The notes: generated from the letters alone by a model not told the origin. 64,000 nucleotides of DNA from an uncultured Clostridia bacterium (GCA_947589265.1 CANQAI010000001.1:14484-78483), one strand, 5' to 3'. Shown: positions 1 to 9,963, counted from the first letter of the stretch. Program-made: numbers and translations.

Positions 1-13
1 TGCTGTTAGACTA

Positions 14-1282
14 TTGTTATTAAATAAAGGGCTAATAATGGAAAAATATATTACTTTTGAAAGTAATATAGATAAAATAATAGAATCTTTTGAAGGAAAT
101 GCTGCAGATGAAATTGATGTAGATGCTGACATTTCTGGCTTGGTAGATACTATTATTAAAACTGCTATGGAAAAAAGAGCAAGTGATATTCACGTTGAGC
201 CACAAGAAGATAAGGTAAGAATTAGATACAGAATAGATGGAAAGCTTAGCACAGCAGTAGAAATTGGCAAAGATAAACAAGCACAATTAATAGGTAGACT
301 AAAAGCAATTTCTAATATGCACCAAGAAAAACAAGAATCTCAAGATGGTAGAATATTAAATTATCCAGAATATAACATTCGTGTATCATCACAAAAAAAT
401 GTATATGGAGAAAAATTCGTATTAAGATTATTAAAGAAAAATAATAATATTAGACGTATTTTTGAATTAGGATTTCCAGAAGATGAAGAATTAGTTAAAA
501 ATAGTTTTAATAAAAGAAATAGTATTACAATAATTGCAGCACCAACTGGTGAAGGTAAAACAACAACACTTTATAGTATTATAGACTATTTAAATAATCC
601 ACATATAAACATTACTACTATTGAGGACCCTGTAGAAATTAGAATTAATGGGCTAAACCAAATTGAAATAGATGCTAAAGAAACATTCTCAGATTCATTA
701 AGAACTGTTTTAAGACAGGACCCAGATATTATACTAGTAGGAGAAATTCGTGACACAGAAACAGCAGAAATCGCAATGCAAGCAGGACAAACAGGTCACT
801 ATGTTTTATCTACAATACATACCATAGATAGTATAGAGGTTATTACAAGACTTAGAAAAATGGGGATATCTAACTATGATATAGCAAGTATTTTAGCAAC
901 ATCAGTATCACAAAGACTAGTAAGAAGAATATGCCCATATTGCTCAGTAGAAAGAGACTTTAATAAAAAAGAAATTGAAGTAATAAATAAAATTGGTGAA
1001 AAATATGGAGTTAAGTTCGACTTAACTAATAAAAGAACTTATACTGCAGTAGGATGCAAAAAATGTAATAATACTGGTTACCTAGATAGAATTGGTATTT
1101 TTGAAGTATTAAATATTAGTGATGAAATTAAAGAATTAATCTCATCAAATTCATCTAGTATGGAAATAAGAAATGAAGCATTAAAATTAGGCTACAAACC
1201 ATTAGTTGTAGATGGAATTTATAAAGTTTTAAACGGAATAACAACATTAGATGAACTAAATAGCAAGTTAGTTATTTATTAA
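14..1282 (+). CDS. Type IV pilus / type II secretion assembly ATPase of the GspE/PilB family. It is a short form; the frame is open to the window edge and the first ATG is at 38, so it may be 5'-partial.
   Basis: Walker A IIAAPTGEGKTTTL, Asp box IEDPVE, Walker B DIILVGEIRD, His box GHYVLSTIHT, ASDIHVEP N2-domain motif, C-terminal CxxC..CxxC zinc motif (CPYC...CKKC). Confidence 0.8.
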   Translation: MLLNKGLIMEKYITFESNIDKIIESFEGNAADEIDVDADISGLVDTIIKTAMEKRASDIHVEPQEDKVRIRYRIDGKLSTAVEIGKDKQAQLIGRLKAISNMHQEKQESQDGRILNYPEYNIRVSSQKNVYGEKFVLRLLKKNNNIRRIFELGFPEDEELVKNSFNKRNSITIIAAPTGEGKTTTLYSIIDYLNNPHINITTIEDPVEIRINGLNQIEIDAKETFSDSLRTVLRQDPDIILVGEIRDTETAEIAMQAGQTGHYVLSTIHTIDSIEVITRLRKMGISNYDIASILATSVSQRLVRRICPYCSVERDFNKKEIEVINKIGEKYGVKFDLTNKRTYTAVGCKKCNNTGYLDRIGIFEVLNISDEIKELISSNSSSMEIRNEALKLGYKPLVVDGIYKVLNGITTLDELNSKLVIY

Positions 1283-1299
1283 TACATAGGAGGAAAACA

Positions 1300-2424
1300 A
1301 TGGTTGATATAGATAAAATTTTAAATGAAGCAATAAGAAAAGATGCTTCAGACGTGCATTTAATCTCAGGAATAAAACCTATTTTAAGAATTAAAAGAGA
1401 ATTAGTTGAAGCTGAAAATTCTAAAGAATTAACCAATGATGATATGATAGAAATCTATGATTATTTTGTAAGAGGAAATGTAGACAAAGATAAGGTATAT
1501 AGAGAAACTAAAAAACTAGATTGCTCTTATGTATTCGGAGATATTAGACTAAGAGTTAATATTTCAACAGTAGATGAAGTTCCAGTGCTTGTACTAAGAT
1601 TAATAAAAAATACACTTCCAAAATATGAAGACTTAGGAGTACCAGATATAGTTAGAAGAATGATGAACCAAACTCAAGGTTTAATACTAGTAACTGGTAA
1701 AACAAACTCAGGTAAAACAACAACATTAAATGCACTTATTAATGAAATAAATGAAAATCAAAATAAAAAAATACTAACACTAGAAAACCCAGTAGAATAT
1801 AAACATAAATGCAAAAAATCAATTATTGTTCAAAAAGAAATAGGACTAGGTAGGGACTGCCTAGATTATAGTTCTGGTGTTAAGAACTCTTTAAGAGAGG
1901 ACTGCGACATTCTAGTTATAGGAGAGATTCGTGATAAAGAAACTATGGAAGCAGCCATTGAAACAGCAGAAGCAGGACACTTAGTAATAGGAACACTTCA
2001 CACAAAATCTTGTGCAGAAACTATCGATAGAATGATAAACTTCTACGATATTCGTGACCAACAAACAGTAAAATACTTAATATCATCATTATTAAAACTA
2101 GTAGTTTCTCAGAGATTATTAAAAGGTAAAGATGGTTCACTTGTTTTAGTGCCTGAAGTAATGGTAGTAGATAATATTATAGCAGGAATAATTCGTAAAG
2201 AGAAAATTAGTATTTCTGAAATAGAAGATGCTATTCAAAGTAACTCAGACAAAGGAAGTATTGGTTTAATAAATTCCTTAGCTAAGTTATTTGTACAAGA
2301 TAAAATCACATTAGACCAAGCAAAATCTCAAATGGAAGAGAAAAACATTGAAATTTTAAATAGAACAATTATGCAATTAAAGATTAAAAAAGATAGTGGA
2401 ATTGGTTCTCAAGTTAGCCATTAA
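1300..2424 (+). CDS. pilT: Type IV pilus retraction ATPase of the PilT family
   Basis: Walker A GKTNSGKTTTL, LENPVEY box, DILVIGEIRD, His box AGHLVIGTLHT, about 370 aa. RBS AGGAGG upstream. Confidence 0.8.
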   Translation: MVDIDKILNEAIRKDASDVHLISGIKPILRIKRELVEAENSKELTNDDMIEIYDYFVRGNVDKDKVYRETKKLDCSYVFGDIRLRVNISTVDEVPVLVLRLIKNTLPKYEDLGVPDIVRRMMNQTQGLILVTGKTNSGKTTTLNALINEINENQNKKILTLENPVEYKHKCKKSIIVQKEIGLGRDCLDYSSGVKNSLREDCDILVIGEIRDKETMEAAIETAEAGHLVIGTLHTKSCAETIDRMINFYDIRDQQTVKYLISSLLKLVVSQRLLKGKDGSLVLVPEVMVVDNIIAGIIRKEKISISEIEDAIQSNSDKGSIGLINSLAKLFVQDKITLDQAKSQMEEKNIEILNRTIMQLKIKKDSGIGSQVSH

Positions 2425-2442
2425 AATGAAGGAGATGATAAA

Positions 2443-3795
2443 GTGCCAGAATATATGTATAAAGCTGTTACTAAGCAAGGGCAGATAGTTAAAAACAGAG
2501 TAGAACAGGCCAACAAAAATAATTTAATACAAAAGCTTAAAAGTAATGGGTTACTTCCTATTGAAGTAATACAAATAGGATATGGAGGCAAAAGAAAAAG
2601 AGTAAATAAAAGAAATGTAATGGATATAGATGAAATTATGCAAACTTCAAACTCAGCTATTATTTCTCAAGGAAGTACGGCAAATAAACAAACAATAAGA
2701 GAAAAATTTAATATTGCCTTATCTATTGGACAAAGAATTACTGAGAGGGATCTTGTAATTTTCACACAAAACTTTTATTTATTAAAAAAGGCAAACTTCA
2801 ATAATATACATGCTTTAAGCACTATTATAAACAGTACAGAAAACTTATCATTTAAAGGTGTACTAGAAGATATTCTAGCAGGTGTAGAAGCCGGAGAATA
2901 TATGTACACCACAATGGAATATTACTCAGATATATTTCCATATATATATATAAATATGATTAGGGTAGGAGAACTTTCTGGTTCACTTACAAAATCTTTG
3001 GAACAAGCAGTAAAATACTTAGATGAAACAACGGCTAGAACAAAGAAAATAAAAAGTATTGTAATACCAAATATTGCTCAATTTATAGCAATACTTGTTC
3101 TATTAATTGTAGGAACATTATATGTATTACCTGCAATACAAGACGTATTTATACAAATGGGCAGTAATGCAGAACTTCCAGGAATAACATTATGGTTTAT
3201 GGACTTCTTAGACTTAGCAATGGCATATTGGTACATTCCAGTTGGAATTATTTTAGCAATTATAGGAATTATAGTTGCATATATAAACACACCAAAAGGA
3301 AAATACAATTGGCATTACTTTAAATACAAAGCACCTATTTTTGGTAGATTAATATTTGGCATAGACTTTTCAAGACTAATGAGAGCAATGCTTTTAAATT
3401 TACAAAATGGAATGAGAATTCAAGAAGCATTAGAAGTTAGTAAAACAGTAGTAAAAAATTATGTAATGCTATCAATAATAGAAACAGCTATTAACAACTT
3501 ACTTATTGGTGATTCATGGATAGAGCCATTTGAAAACTCAGGACTATGTAAATCAATGGAAATTGAAATGTTGAAAATAGGTATGCAAACTGACCTTTCA
3601 GAAATGATGGAAAAATTACTAGACTATATGGATGCAGATATACAACAAAGCTTAAACAACTTAATGAAGGTATTACCAGAAATATCTTACTTATTCGTTG
3701 GAATAATATTAATATTCTTAGTAGTTGTAGTACTTGTACCATGTATCCAATTATACATGGGCAACTGGTTGATAGAAGCATTAACAGCACAATAA
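2443..3795 (+). CDS. pilC: Type IV pilus / T2SS inner-membrane platform protein of the PilC/GspF family
   Basis: About 450 aa, two GspF-type repeats each followed by transmembrane segments. GTG start with AAGGAG RBS. Immediately follows the pilB-like and pilT genes. Confidence 0.8.
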   Translation: MPEYMYKAVTKQGQIVKNRVEQANKNNLIQKLKSNGLLPIEVIQIGYGGKRKRVNKRNVMDIDEIMQTSNSAIISQGSTANKQTIREKFNIALSIGQRITERDLVIFTQNFYLLKKANFNNIHALSTIINSTENLSFKGVLEDILAGVEAGEYMYTTMEYYSDIFPYIYINMIRVGELSGSLTKSLEQAVKYLDETTARTKKIKSIVIPNIAQFIAILVLLIVGTLYVLPAIQDVFIQMGSNAELPGITLWFMDFLDLAMAYWYIPVGIILAIIGIIVAYINTPKGKYNWHYFKYKAPIFGRLIFGIDFSRLMRAMLLNLQNGMRIQEALEVSKTVVKNYVMLSIIETAINNLLIGDSWIEPFENSGLCKSMEIEMLKIGMQTDLSEMMEKLLDYMDADIQQSLNNLMKVLPEISYLFVGIILIFLVVVVLVPCIQLYMGNWLIEALTAQ

Positions 3796-3796
3796 T

Positions 3797-3832
3797 GGGG
3801 ACTGTCCCTATTGGGACAGTTCTCTTTTTTTG
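3797..3832 (+). terminator. Rho-independent terminator after pilC
   Basis: Perfect 8-bp stem ACTGTCCC/GGGACAGT (3801-3808 and 3813-3820), loop TATT, followed by the run TCTCTTTTTTT. Confidence 0.6.
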
Positions 3833-3865
3833 GGGTGCCACTTTGGAAAGGAATGGATATTTATT

Positions 3866-4801
3866 ATGAAAATAGGGATTGATATAGGTGGAAGTCATAT
3901 TGGAATTGGCGTAGTAAATGAAAATGGTAAAATAATAGAAAAATACGAAACAGATTTAAGCAATAATCAAGTTGCTTTAAATAATACTAATGAGTCAAAC
4001 CTAAATAATGAAATAAGTTTAAATATAACTGAATTTATAGAAAAATATATTATAGAAAATATTAAAAAAATTCAGAAAAACTATAATATAGATGTGATTG
4101 GCGTGGCAAGTCCTGGAACTCCACAAAATGGAAAAATTACTACTATGGTGAACTTAGGCATAAAAGAGCTAGATATTACTAATATTATACAAAAAGTATA
4201 CAATGGAAAAATAATTGTAAAAAATGATGCAAAATGTGCAGGCTTGGCAGAAAAAACTTATGGAAGTTTAAACAAATATGATGATTGTGTATTTTTATGT
4301 TTAGGAACAGGAATTGGTGGTAGTGTATTTATAAATGGAAAACAGCTAGAACCTAAAAGATATCCAGCTTTTGAAATAGGGCATATGGTTATACAAAAAG
4401 ATGGAAAAATTTGCAACTGTGGAAAAAAAGGCTGTTTTGAAACTTATTGTTCTATAAAAAGGCTAAAAGATGAATTAATACAAGAATTAAATTTAAACAA
4501 AGAAATTATGGCAAAAGATTTATTAGAAATAATAAAGTCTAAAAATCAAGACGAAAATGTACGAAGAATAATAAAAGAATATATAAATAATTTAATTGTA
4601 GGTCTTTCAAATATAATAGACATATTTGAGCCTGAAGCAATTGCTTTGGGTGGTAGCTTTGTATATTTTGAAGACATTCTTTATAATGAATTAGTAAAAA
4701 CATATAACGAAAAAAGGTATGCCTTTAATAAGGAAAAATTGCCAGAATTAAAACTTGCTATTTTATGTAATGATGCAGGAATTATTGGTGCAACACTATA
4801 A
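3866..4801 (+). CDS. ROK-family sugar kinase (glucokinase-like)
   Basis: MKIGIDIGGSHIGIGVV N-terminal ATPase motif and ROK zinc motif CNCGKKGCFETY. I chose the ATG at 3866 because the ORF-track start at 3830 lies inside the pilC terminator. An N-rich low-complexity insert is present. Confidence 0.75.
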   Translation: MKIGIDIGGSHIGIGVVNENGKIIEKYETDLSNNQVALNNTNESNLNNEISLNITEFIEKYIIENIKKIQKNYNIDVIGVASPGTPQNGKITTMVNLGIKELDITNIIQKVYNGKIIVKNDAKCAGLAEKTYGSLNKYDDCVFLCLGTGIGGSVFINGKQLEPKRYPAFEIGHMVIQKDGKICNCGKKGCFETYCSIKRLKDELIQELNLNKEIMAKDLLEIIKSKNQDENVRRIIKEYINNLIVGLSNIIDIFEPEAIALGGSFVYFEDILYNELVKTYNEKRYAFNKEKLPELKLAILCNDAGIIGATL

Positions 4802-4823
4802 ATAAGTTAACATAAGTCATAAT

Positions 4824-4852
4824 TTGACAAAAGTAAAAAAAAACGCTATAAT
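4824..4852 (+). promoter_or_regulatory. Sigma-A type promoter for rnj (TTGACA-17-TATAAT)
   Basis: TTGACA at 4824-4829, exact 17-nt spacer, TATAAT at 4847-4852. It lies about 270 nt upstream of the rnj ATG. Confidence 0.55.
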
Positions 4853-5123
4853 AGATGCTAGTTGTTACCAAATTTGGTAAAGAAGAGATTTATATATAAA
4901 AAACAAATCAAAATAATATAATTAGAAATAAAATAAAATATGTTTAATGTCCGGAATTTTAGTTAAACATATATATTTTATTTATATTTTTTATGCAATG
5001 TTTAGTTTAAAAATTGAAAAATGGTAAATCATACAAATAGTATAAAATGATTTATTTGTTTTTGTAATTTATTAAAAAATATATAAACCTGAAAAACAAG
5101 AAAAAAGGAGAGATAAAAAAATA

Positions 5124-7034
5124 ATGTTAACAAATGAAAGGCATCAAAGTAATAGAAGAGAGAAAGATACTACTATTACAAACAAAAGAAGAAATGTTTA
5201 TGCAAGTTCAAACTTAGATCCTACACAAAATAATGGAGAAAAACTAAAGACTTCACAAAGCAGATTAGGTCAAAACAGAACTCAAAGAACAGAAACAAGA
5301 AGTACACACTCTAGAGCATTAAATGAGAGAAAATTAGAAAAAAAAGCTTTAGAAGAAAAAGACAAATTTGAATTTAAAAAAGAGAATTTAAAAATTATTC
5401 CTTTAGGAGGGCTAGAGGAAATAGGAAAGAACATAACAGTTTTTGAATATGGAAATGAAATAGTGCTTGTAGACTGTGGCTTAGAGTTCCCAGAAGACGA
5501 CATGCTAGGTGTAGACCTAGTAATACCAGACATAACCTACCTAGAAAGAAACAAGGAAAAAATAAAAGGTTTAGTAATCACACATGGACACGAAGACCAT
5601 ATTGGAGCAATACCATATATATTAAAACAAATAAATATTCCTATTTATGCAACTAAACTAACAGTAGCTTTAATAAAAAATAAATTAGAAGAACATAACT
5701 TAGAGAAAACCACAAAAATACACATTGTAGAACAAGGCAAAACTATTAATTTTGGAAAAATGAAAGTAGAATTTATACGTAGCAACCATAGTATTCCAGA
5801 CTCTGTAATGCTTGCTATTCATACACCAGTTGGAGTTGTACTTCATACAGGAGACTTTAAAATAGACTATACCCCAATTGATGATAAAGTAATAGACTTA
5901 GGAAGAATAGCAGAACTAGGTAACAAAGGAATTTTAGCATTACTTTCAGATAGTACAAATAGTGAAAGAAAAGGATATACAATGTCAGAAAGCTCTGTTG
6001 GAGAAGTATTTGACAAGTTATTTTTAAATAACACTAAAAGAATTGTTGTAGCAACATTTGCATCTAATGTTCACCGTGTACAACAAATTGTAAACTCATC
6101 TATAAAATACGGTAGAAAAATTGCTGTATGTGGTAGAAGTATGATGAACATGATAGAGGCTGCAATAGAACTAGGCTACATCAATGTACCAGCCAATACT
6201 TTCATTGACATAGATAATATAAACAACTATAGAGATGACCAATTAGTTATAATAACTACAGGAAGCCAGGGCGAGGCTATGTCAGCACTTACCAGAATGG
6301 CAAACGGAGAGCATAAAAAAGTAACTATTACACCAAATGATATGGTTATTATTTCAGCAACTCCAATACCAGGAAACGAAAAACTAGTGTCTAAGGTAAT
6401 AGATGAATTAATGAAAATAGGTGCAACTGTTATTTACAGTTCTTTAGAGGCTATTCACGTATCTGGTCACGCTTGTCAAGAAGAGCAAAAGTTAATATTA
6501 ACATTAGCTAAACCAAAATATTTTATGCCAGTTCACGGTGAATATAGGCAACTTATAGCACATGCTGAAACTGCTAAAAAAGTTGGAATAGAGCCTCAAA
6601 ACATATTTATAATGTCAAATGGTAGAACACTAGAATTAAATGAAAATGAAGCCAAAATTACTACTTCTGTACCAAATGGAAAAATATTAGTAGATGGTTT
6701 AGGCATAGGTGATGTTGGAAATATTGTTTTAAGAGATAGACAACATTTATCACAAGATGGATTAATTGTAATTGTAATGACAATGGATACATCAACAGGA
6801 GAAATAGTTTCTGGACCAGACGTAGTATCAAGAGGATTTGTTTATGTTAGAGAATCTGAAAACTTAATGGAAGAAGTAAAAAGAGTAGCAAGAGAAGAAG
6901 TTAAAAGATGTGAAGAAAGTCATATTCGCGATTGGGCAACTATTAAATCTAATGTAAAAGATACACTAAGAGATTATATTTTTGAAAGAACAAAACGTAA
7001 CCCAATGTTACTCCCAATTATTATGGAAGTTTAA
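5124..7034 (+). CDS. rnj: Ribonuclease J (beta-CASP metallo-beta-lactamase RNase) with an N-terminal extension of about 85 aa that is basic and low-complexity
   Basis: KIIPLGGLEEIGKN, HGHEDHIGA motif, beta-CASP and C-terminal domain. The only in-frame ATG upstream of the catalytic core is at 5124. Confidence 0.9.
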   Translation: MLTNERHQSNRREKDTTITNKRRNVYASSNLDPTQNNGEKLKTSQSRLGQNRTQRTETRSTHSRALNERKLEKKALEEKDKFEFKKENLKIIPLGGLEEIGKNITVFEYGNEIVLVDCGLEFPEDDMLGVDLVIPDITYLERNKEKIKGLVITHGHEDHIGAIPYILKQINIPIYATKLTVALIKNKLEEHNLEKTTKIHIVEQGKTINFGKMKVEFIRSNHSIPDSVMLAIHTPVGVVLHTGDFKIDYTPIDDKVIDLGRIAELGNKGILALLSDSTNSERKGYTMSESSVGEVFDKLFLNNTKRIVVATFASNVHRVQQIVNSSIKYGRKIAVCGRSMMNMIEAAIELGYINVPANTFIDIDNINNYRDDQLVIITTGSQGEAMSALTRMANGEHKKVTITPNDMVIISATPIPGNEKLVSKVIDELMKIGATVIYSSLEAIHVSGHACQEEQKLILTLAKPKYFMPVHGEYRQLIAHAETAKKVGIEPQNIFIMSNGRTLELNENEAKITTSVPNGKILVDGLGIGDVGNIVLRDRQHLSQDGLIVIVMTMDTSTGEIVSGPDVVSRGFVYVRESENLMEEVKRVAREEVKRCEESHIRDWATIKSNVKDTLRDYIFERTKRNPMLLPIIMEV

Positions 7035-7098
7035 ACAATAAAGGTTATAGGATCCTCTTAAAAACCTAAATATTATATAACAAGGAATGATTAAAAAA

Positions 7099-8748
7099 AT
7101 GAATTATAAAGAACTAGCAGACCTAATTTTTCCAGATGCAAAAGAAATATCATATTATGAAGAAAAATATCCAGAAAGAAACTTACCAGAAGATGCAATT
7201 GTTACAAGATTTGCACCAAGCCCAACGGGATTTGTTCATGTTGGAGGATTAATGCAATGTGTTATAAATAGACAGCTTACAAATCAAACAGGTGGAGTAT
7301 TTTTGCTAAGAATAGAAGATACAGACCAAAAGCGTGAAATTGAGAATGGCGTAGCTCAAATTGTAAATGCAGTTAAAGATTTTGGCATAGAATTTGATGA
7401 AGGAATGATAAATGAAACTGAAGAAAAGGGAAAATATGGACCATATAAACAAAGTAATAGAGCTCCTATTTATCAAGCTTATGCTAAGCACTTAATAGAG
7501 CAAGGAAGAGCATATCCTTGTTTTGCAACAGCAGAAGAATTAGAAGAAATGAGAAAAAAGCAAGAAGCTGCTAAAATTAGAACAGGTTATTATGGAGTAT
7601 GGGCAACTTATCGTAATTTGCCAGTAGATGAAGCAGCAGAAAAAATAAAAGCAGGGGTCCCATATATTATTCGTTTTAAATCAATGGGAAGTGAAGAAAA
7701 GAAAATAAGACATCATGATGTTATAAAAGGGAATATAGATTTCCCAGAAAATGATCAAGATATAGTCATTATTAAAGCAGACGGACTTCCAACTTATCAC
7801 TTTGCACACGCAGTAGATGACCATTTAATGAGAGTAACACACGTAATTCGTTCAGATGAATGGGTTTCATCTATACCATTACATTTAGAGCTATTTCAAA
7901 CATTGGGATTTAAAACTCCTAAATATTGCCACTATGCTCCTATTTTAAAAGAAGAAGATGGCAAAAAACGTAAAATTAGTAAAAGAAAAGACCCAGAAGC
8001 AGCAGTTAGCTATTACCATGAAGAAGGTATTCCAGCACAAGCTGTTTGTGAATATTTAATGAATATAGGAAATTCTAATTTTGAAAGCTGGAGAAGAGCA
8101 AACCCTAATAGGCCAATGTCAGATTTTAAATTTGAAATTAATAAAATGAGTGTAAGTGGTGCAATATTTGACTTAGTTAAATTATTGGATGTTTCTAAAA
8201 ATGTTATTTCAAAATATACAAAAGAAGCAATGTACGAAGAGGTACTAGAATGGGCAAAAAGATATGATAGTGAACTTGAAAAACTATTAGAAAATAAAGA
8301 ATATTCTCTTAAAATTTTCGGAATAGAAAGAGGAAATGCTAAGCCTAGAAAAGATATATCAAAATGGTCTGATGTTAAAAATGCTATTATTTATATGTAT
8401 GATGAAGAATTTTTTAAACAAGACACAAATTTTGAATATGGCAAAATAAACGACAAAAATGAAATTAAAAAGATATTAAGCTTATATTTAGAAAAATATT
8501 TTGACATAAATGATGATAAGCAAACATGGTTTGATAAAATGAAAGACTTATCAGAAGAATTAGGATATGCAAGAGAAGTAAAAGAATATAAACAAAATCC
8601 TGAAAAATGGCCAGGACATGTTGGTGACATCAGCACAGTTTTAAGAGTAAGTCTAACAGGCAGACAAAACACCCCTGACCTTTACGAGATTATGCAAGTA
8701 TTAGGAAAAGAAAGCATCGAAAAAAGAATAGAAAGATTAATTAAATAA
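7099..8748 (+). CDS. gltX: Glutamate--tRNA ligase (class I). An alternative start is at 7087.
   Basis: HVGG HIGH-type motif in RFAPSPTGFVHVGG, KMSKS variant KISKRK, and a long C-terminal anticodon-binding region. Confidence 0.85.
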   Translation: MNYKELADLIFPDAKEISYYEEKYPERNLPEDAIVTRFAPSPTGFVHVGGLMQCVINRQLTNQTGGVFLLRIEDTDQKREIENGVAQIVNAVKDFGIEFDEGMINETEEKGKYGPYKQSNRAPIYQAYAKHLIEQGRAYPCFATAEELEEMRKKQEAAKIRTGYYGVWATYRNLPVDEAAEKIKAGVPYIIRFKSMGSEEKKIRHHDVIKGNIDFPENDQDIVIIKADGLPTYHFAHAVDDHLMRVTHVIRSDEWVSSIPLHLELFQTLGFKTPKYCHYAPILKEEDGKKRKISKRKDPEAAVSYYHEEGIPAQAVCEYLMNIGNSNFESWRRANPNRPMSDFKFEINKMSVSGAIFDLVKLLDVSKNVISKYTKEAMYEEVLEWAKRYDSELEKLLENKEYSLKIFGIERGNAKPRKDISKWSDVKNAIIYMYDEEFFKQDTNFEYGKINDKNEIKKILSLYLEKYFDINDDKQTWFDKMKDLSEELGYAREVKEYKQNPEKWPGHVGDISTVLRVSLTGRQNTPDLYEIMQVLGKESIEKRIERLIK

Positions 8749-8785
8749 ATTTCAAAAAAATATTTTATAGGAAAATAAAGAAAAT

Positions 8786-8986
8786 ATGGAATTTAATGTT
8801 GGAGATATTGTTAGAACCAAAAAAGAGCATCCTTGTGGTAGTAAACTATGGGAATTAACTAGAATAGGTGTAGATTTTAAATTAAAATGTTTAGGTTGTG
8901 GTCATATAGTTACAATGGAAAGACAAAAAGCCTTAAAGGCAATTACTAAAAATGTAACTAATGAAACTAACCAAAATGCTAATTAG
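8786..8986 (+). CDS. DUF951 family small protein (YyzM-like)
   Basis: 66 aa, NVGDIV..KEHPCGS..W...RIG.DFK.KCLGCG pattern with paired Cys motifs. Confidence 0.55.
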   Translation: MEFNVGDIVRTKKEHPCGSKLWELTRIGVDFKLKCLGCGHIVTMERQKALKAITKNVTNETNQNAN

Positions 8987-8996
8987 TAATAAAATA

Positions 8997-9024
8997 AAAG
9001 AGGTGGCCAGGTAGCCACCTCTTT
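8997..9024. terminator. Bidirectional intrinsic terminator
   Basis: Perfect 11-bp stem AAAGAGGTGGC/GCCACCTCTTT with a 6-nt loop. It is flanked by an A-run on one side and a T-run on the other, so it can terminate both the + strand DUF951 transcript and the - strand engB-serS transcript. Confidence 0.7.
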
Positions 9025-9062
9025 GCATTGCACTAAGAGGATATAAGTACCCTACTTAGGTG

Positions 9063-9299
9063 TTAGGATTCAAAGGGAAGTGGAATCGAACCGTAGCACT
9101 GTAGCAAAAATGCTCTTGCCATATTACGAGGAACATCGACAGAGTCTTCCTGAATGTAAACAGTTTCATGTTCCACCCTCGAAAGATCTCTGGATGCGAT
9201 CAGCTGGGTAGGATGCGCTGCACGGAACAGCTTGAAGGCATCCATTGCAGACTTGTGGTCAGCAAAATGAACGACTACATACTTCCGATTTTTAGACAT
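9063..9299 (-). CDS. Hypothetical 78-aa ORF inside an anomalously GC-rich island of about 250 bp. It could instead be a structured RNA.
   Basis: The ORF has a GGAGG RBS 9 nt upstream of its ATG. The region is about 48% GC against about 27% for its surroundings and contains several perfect 6-7 bp GC-rich hairpins. I recognise no homolog. Confidence 0.3.
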   Translation of the reverse strand: MSKNRKYVVVHFADHKSAMDAFKLFRAAHPTQLIASRDLSRVEHETVYIQEDSVDVPRNMARAFLLQCYGSIPLPFES

Positions 9300-9353
9300 A
9301 TATAATGCCTCCTAACAAAAATTCTCCACAGGGGAGTTATATTTATTATACAC

Positions 9354-9941
9354 CTATTTGAATATAAAATCAATAATGTTTTCCCAAACTTCTTCTGTAT
9401 ATATTTTTCTTTCTGAAGAAAAAGGCAAAAACTTTAAATCTTTTAGGGGATTTAAAGTTTTTTGCAAACTTTCTACATAGTCATCTACTTTAGTAATAGC
9501 AATTTTATCAGCCTTATTTGCAATTACTATACAAGGAAGATTTGTTTTAAAAATATAATCATACATCAGTTTATCATTTTCAGTAGGATCATGTCTAATA
9601 TCAATTATAAAAATAATAAGACATATATTTTTGCTAGTTTGTAAATATTGTTCAATAAAACTTCCTACTTTTTCTTGTTCTACCTTAGACATTTTACTAT
9701 ATCCATATCCAGGCAAGTCTACAAAGTAAAATTTATTGTCCATATTATAAAAATTAATTTGTCTTGTTTTTCCAGGTTCACTACTAGTTCTAGCTAAGCC
9801 TTTACGGTTTACCAAAGTATTAATAAAAGAAGATTTCCCAACATTAGATTTTCCAACAAGTACAACTTGAGGCAAATTGTCATTTGGATATTGTTTAGGG
9901 CTTACTGCTGAAATTTTAAATTCTGGATTTTTAATTATCAT
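9354..9941 (-). CDS. engB: Ribosome biogenesis GTP-binding protein YsxC/EngB
   Basis: G1 motif LVGKSNVGKSSFIN and DLPGYGY, about 195 aa. It sits downstream of serS. Confidence 0.85.
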   Translation of the reverse strand: MIIKNPEFKISAVSPKQYPNDNLPQVVLVGKSNVGKSSFINTLVNRKGLARTSSEPGKTRQINFYNMDNKFYFVDLPGYGYSKMSKVEQEKVGSFIEQYLQTSKNICLIIFIIDIRHDPTENDKLMYDYIFKTNLPCIVIANKADKIAITKVDDYVESLQKTLNPLKDLKFLPFSSERKIYTEEVWENIIDFIFK

Positions 9942-9963
9942 AAATTTTTCTCCAATTTAAAAA

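Noticed and set aside
14-37. TTG-initiated start of the pilB-like ORF at 14 and possible upstream continuation
   Set aside because: There is no RBS before 14. The frame is open to the window edge, so either the ATG at 38 is the start or the gene is 5'-truncated by the window. This cannot be resolved from this window.
32-3898. Antisense or shadow ORFs of 60-130 aa throughout the window (for example 32-286, 3078-3308, 3503-3898, 23504-23782, 27503-27892, 29845-30108, 36763-36945, 41933-42184)
   Set aside because: All lie fully inside well-supported genes on the opposite strand. They have Leu/Phe/Ile-rich compositions typical of the complement of AAA/GAA-rich coding sequence in AT-rich genomes, and no RBS.
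9100-9125. The minus strand of the GC-rich island contains GGTTCGATTCC, a tRNA T-loop-like motif. I considered a tRNA or the tRNA-like domain of tmRNA.
   Set aside because: The 5-nt arms flanking the putative T-loop do not base-pair (TACGG versus CCACT). There is no acceptor stem or CCA context. The rest of the region does not match the tmRNA, RNase P or SRP RNA conserved cores that I could recall.
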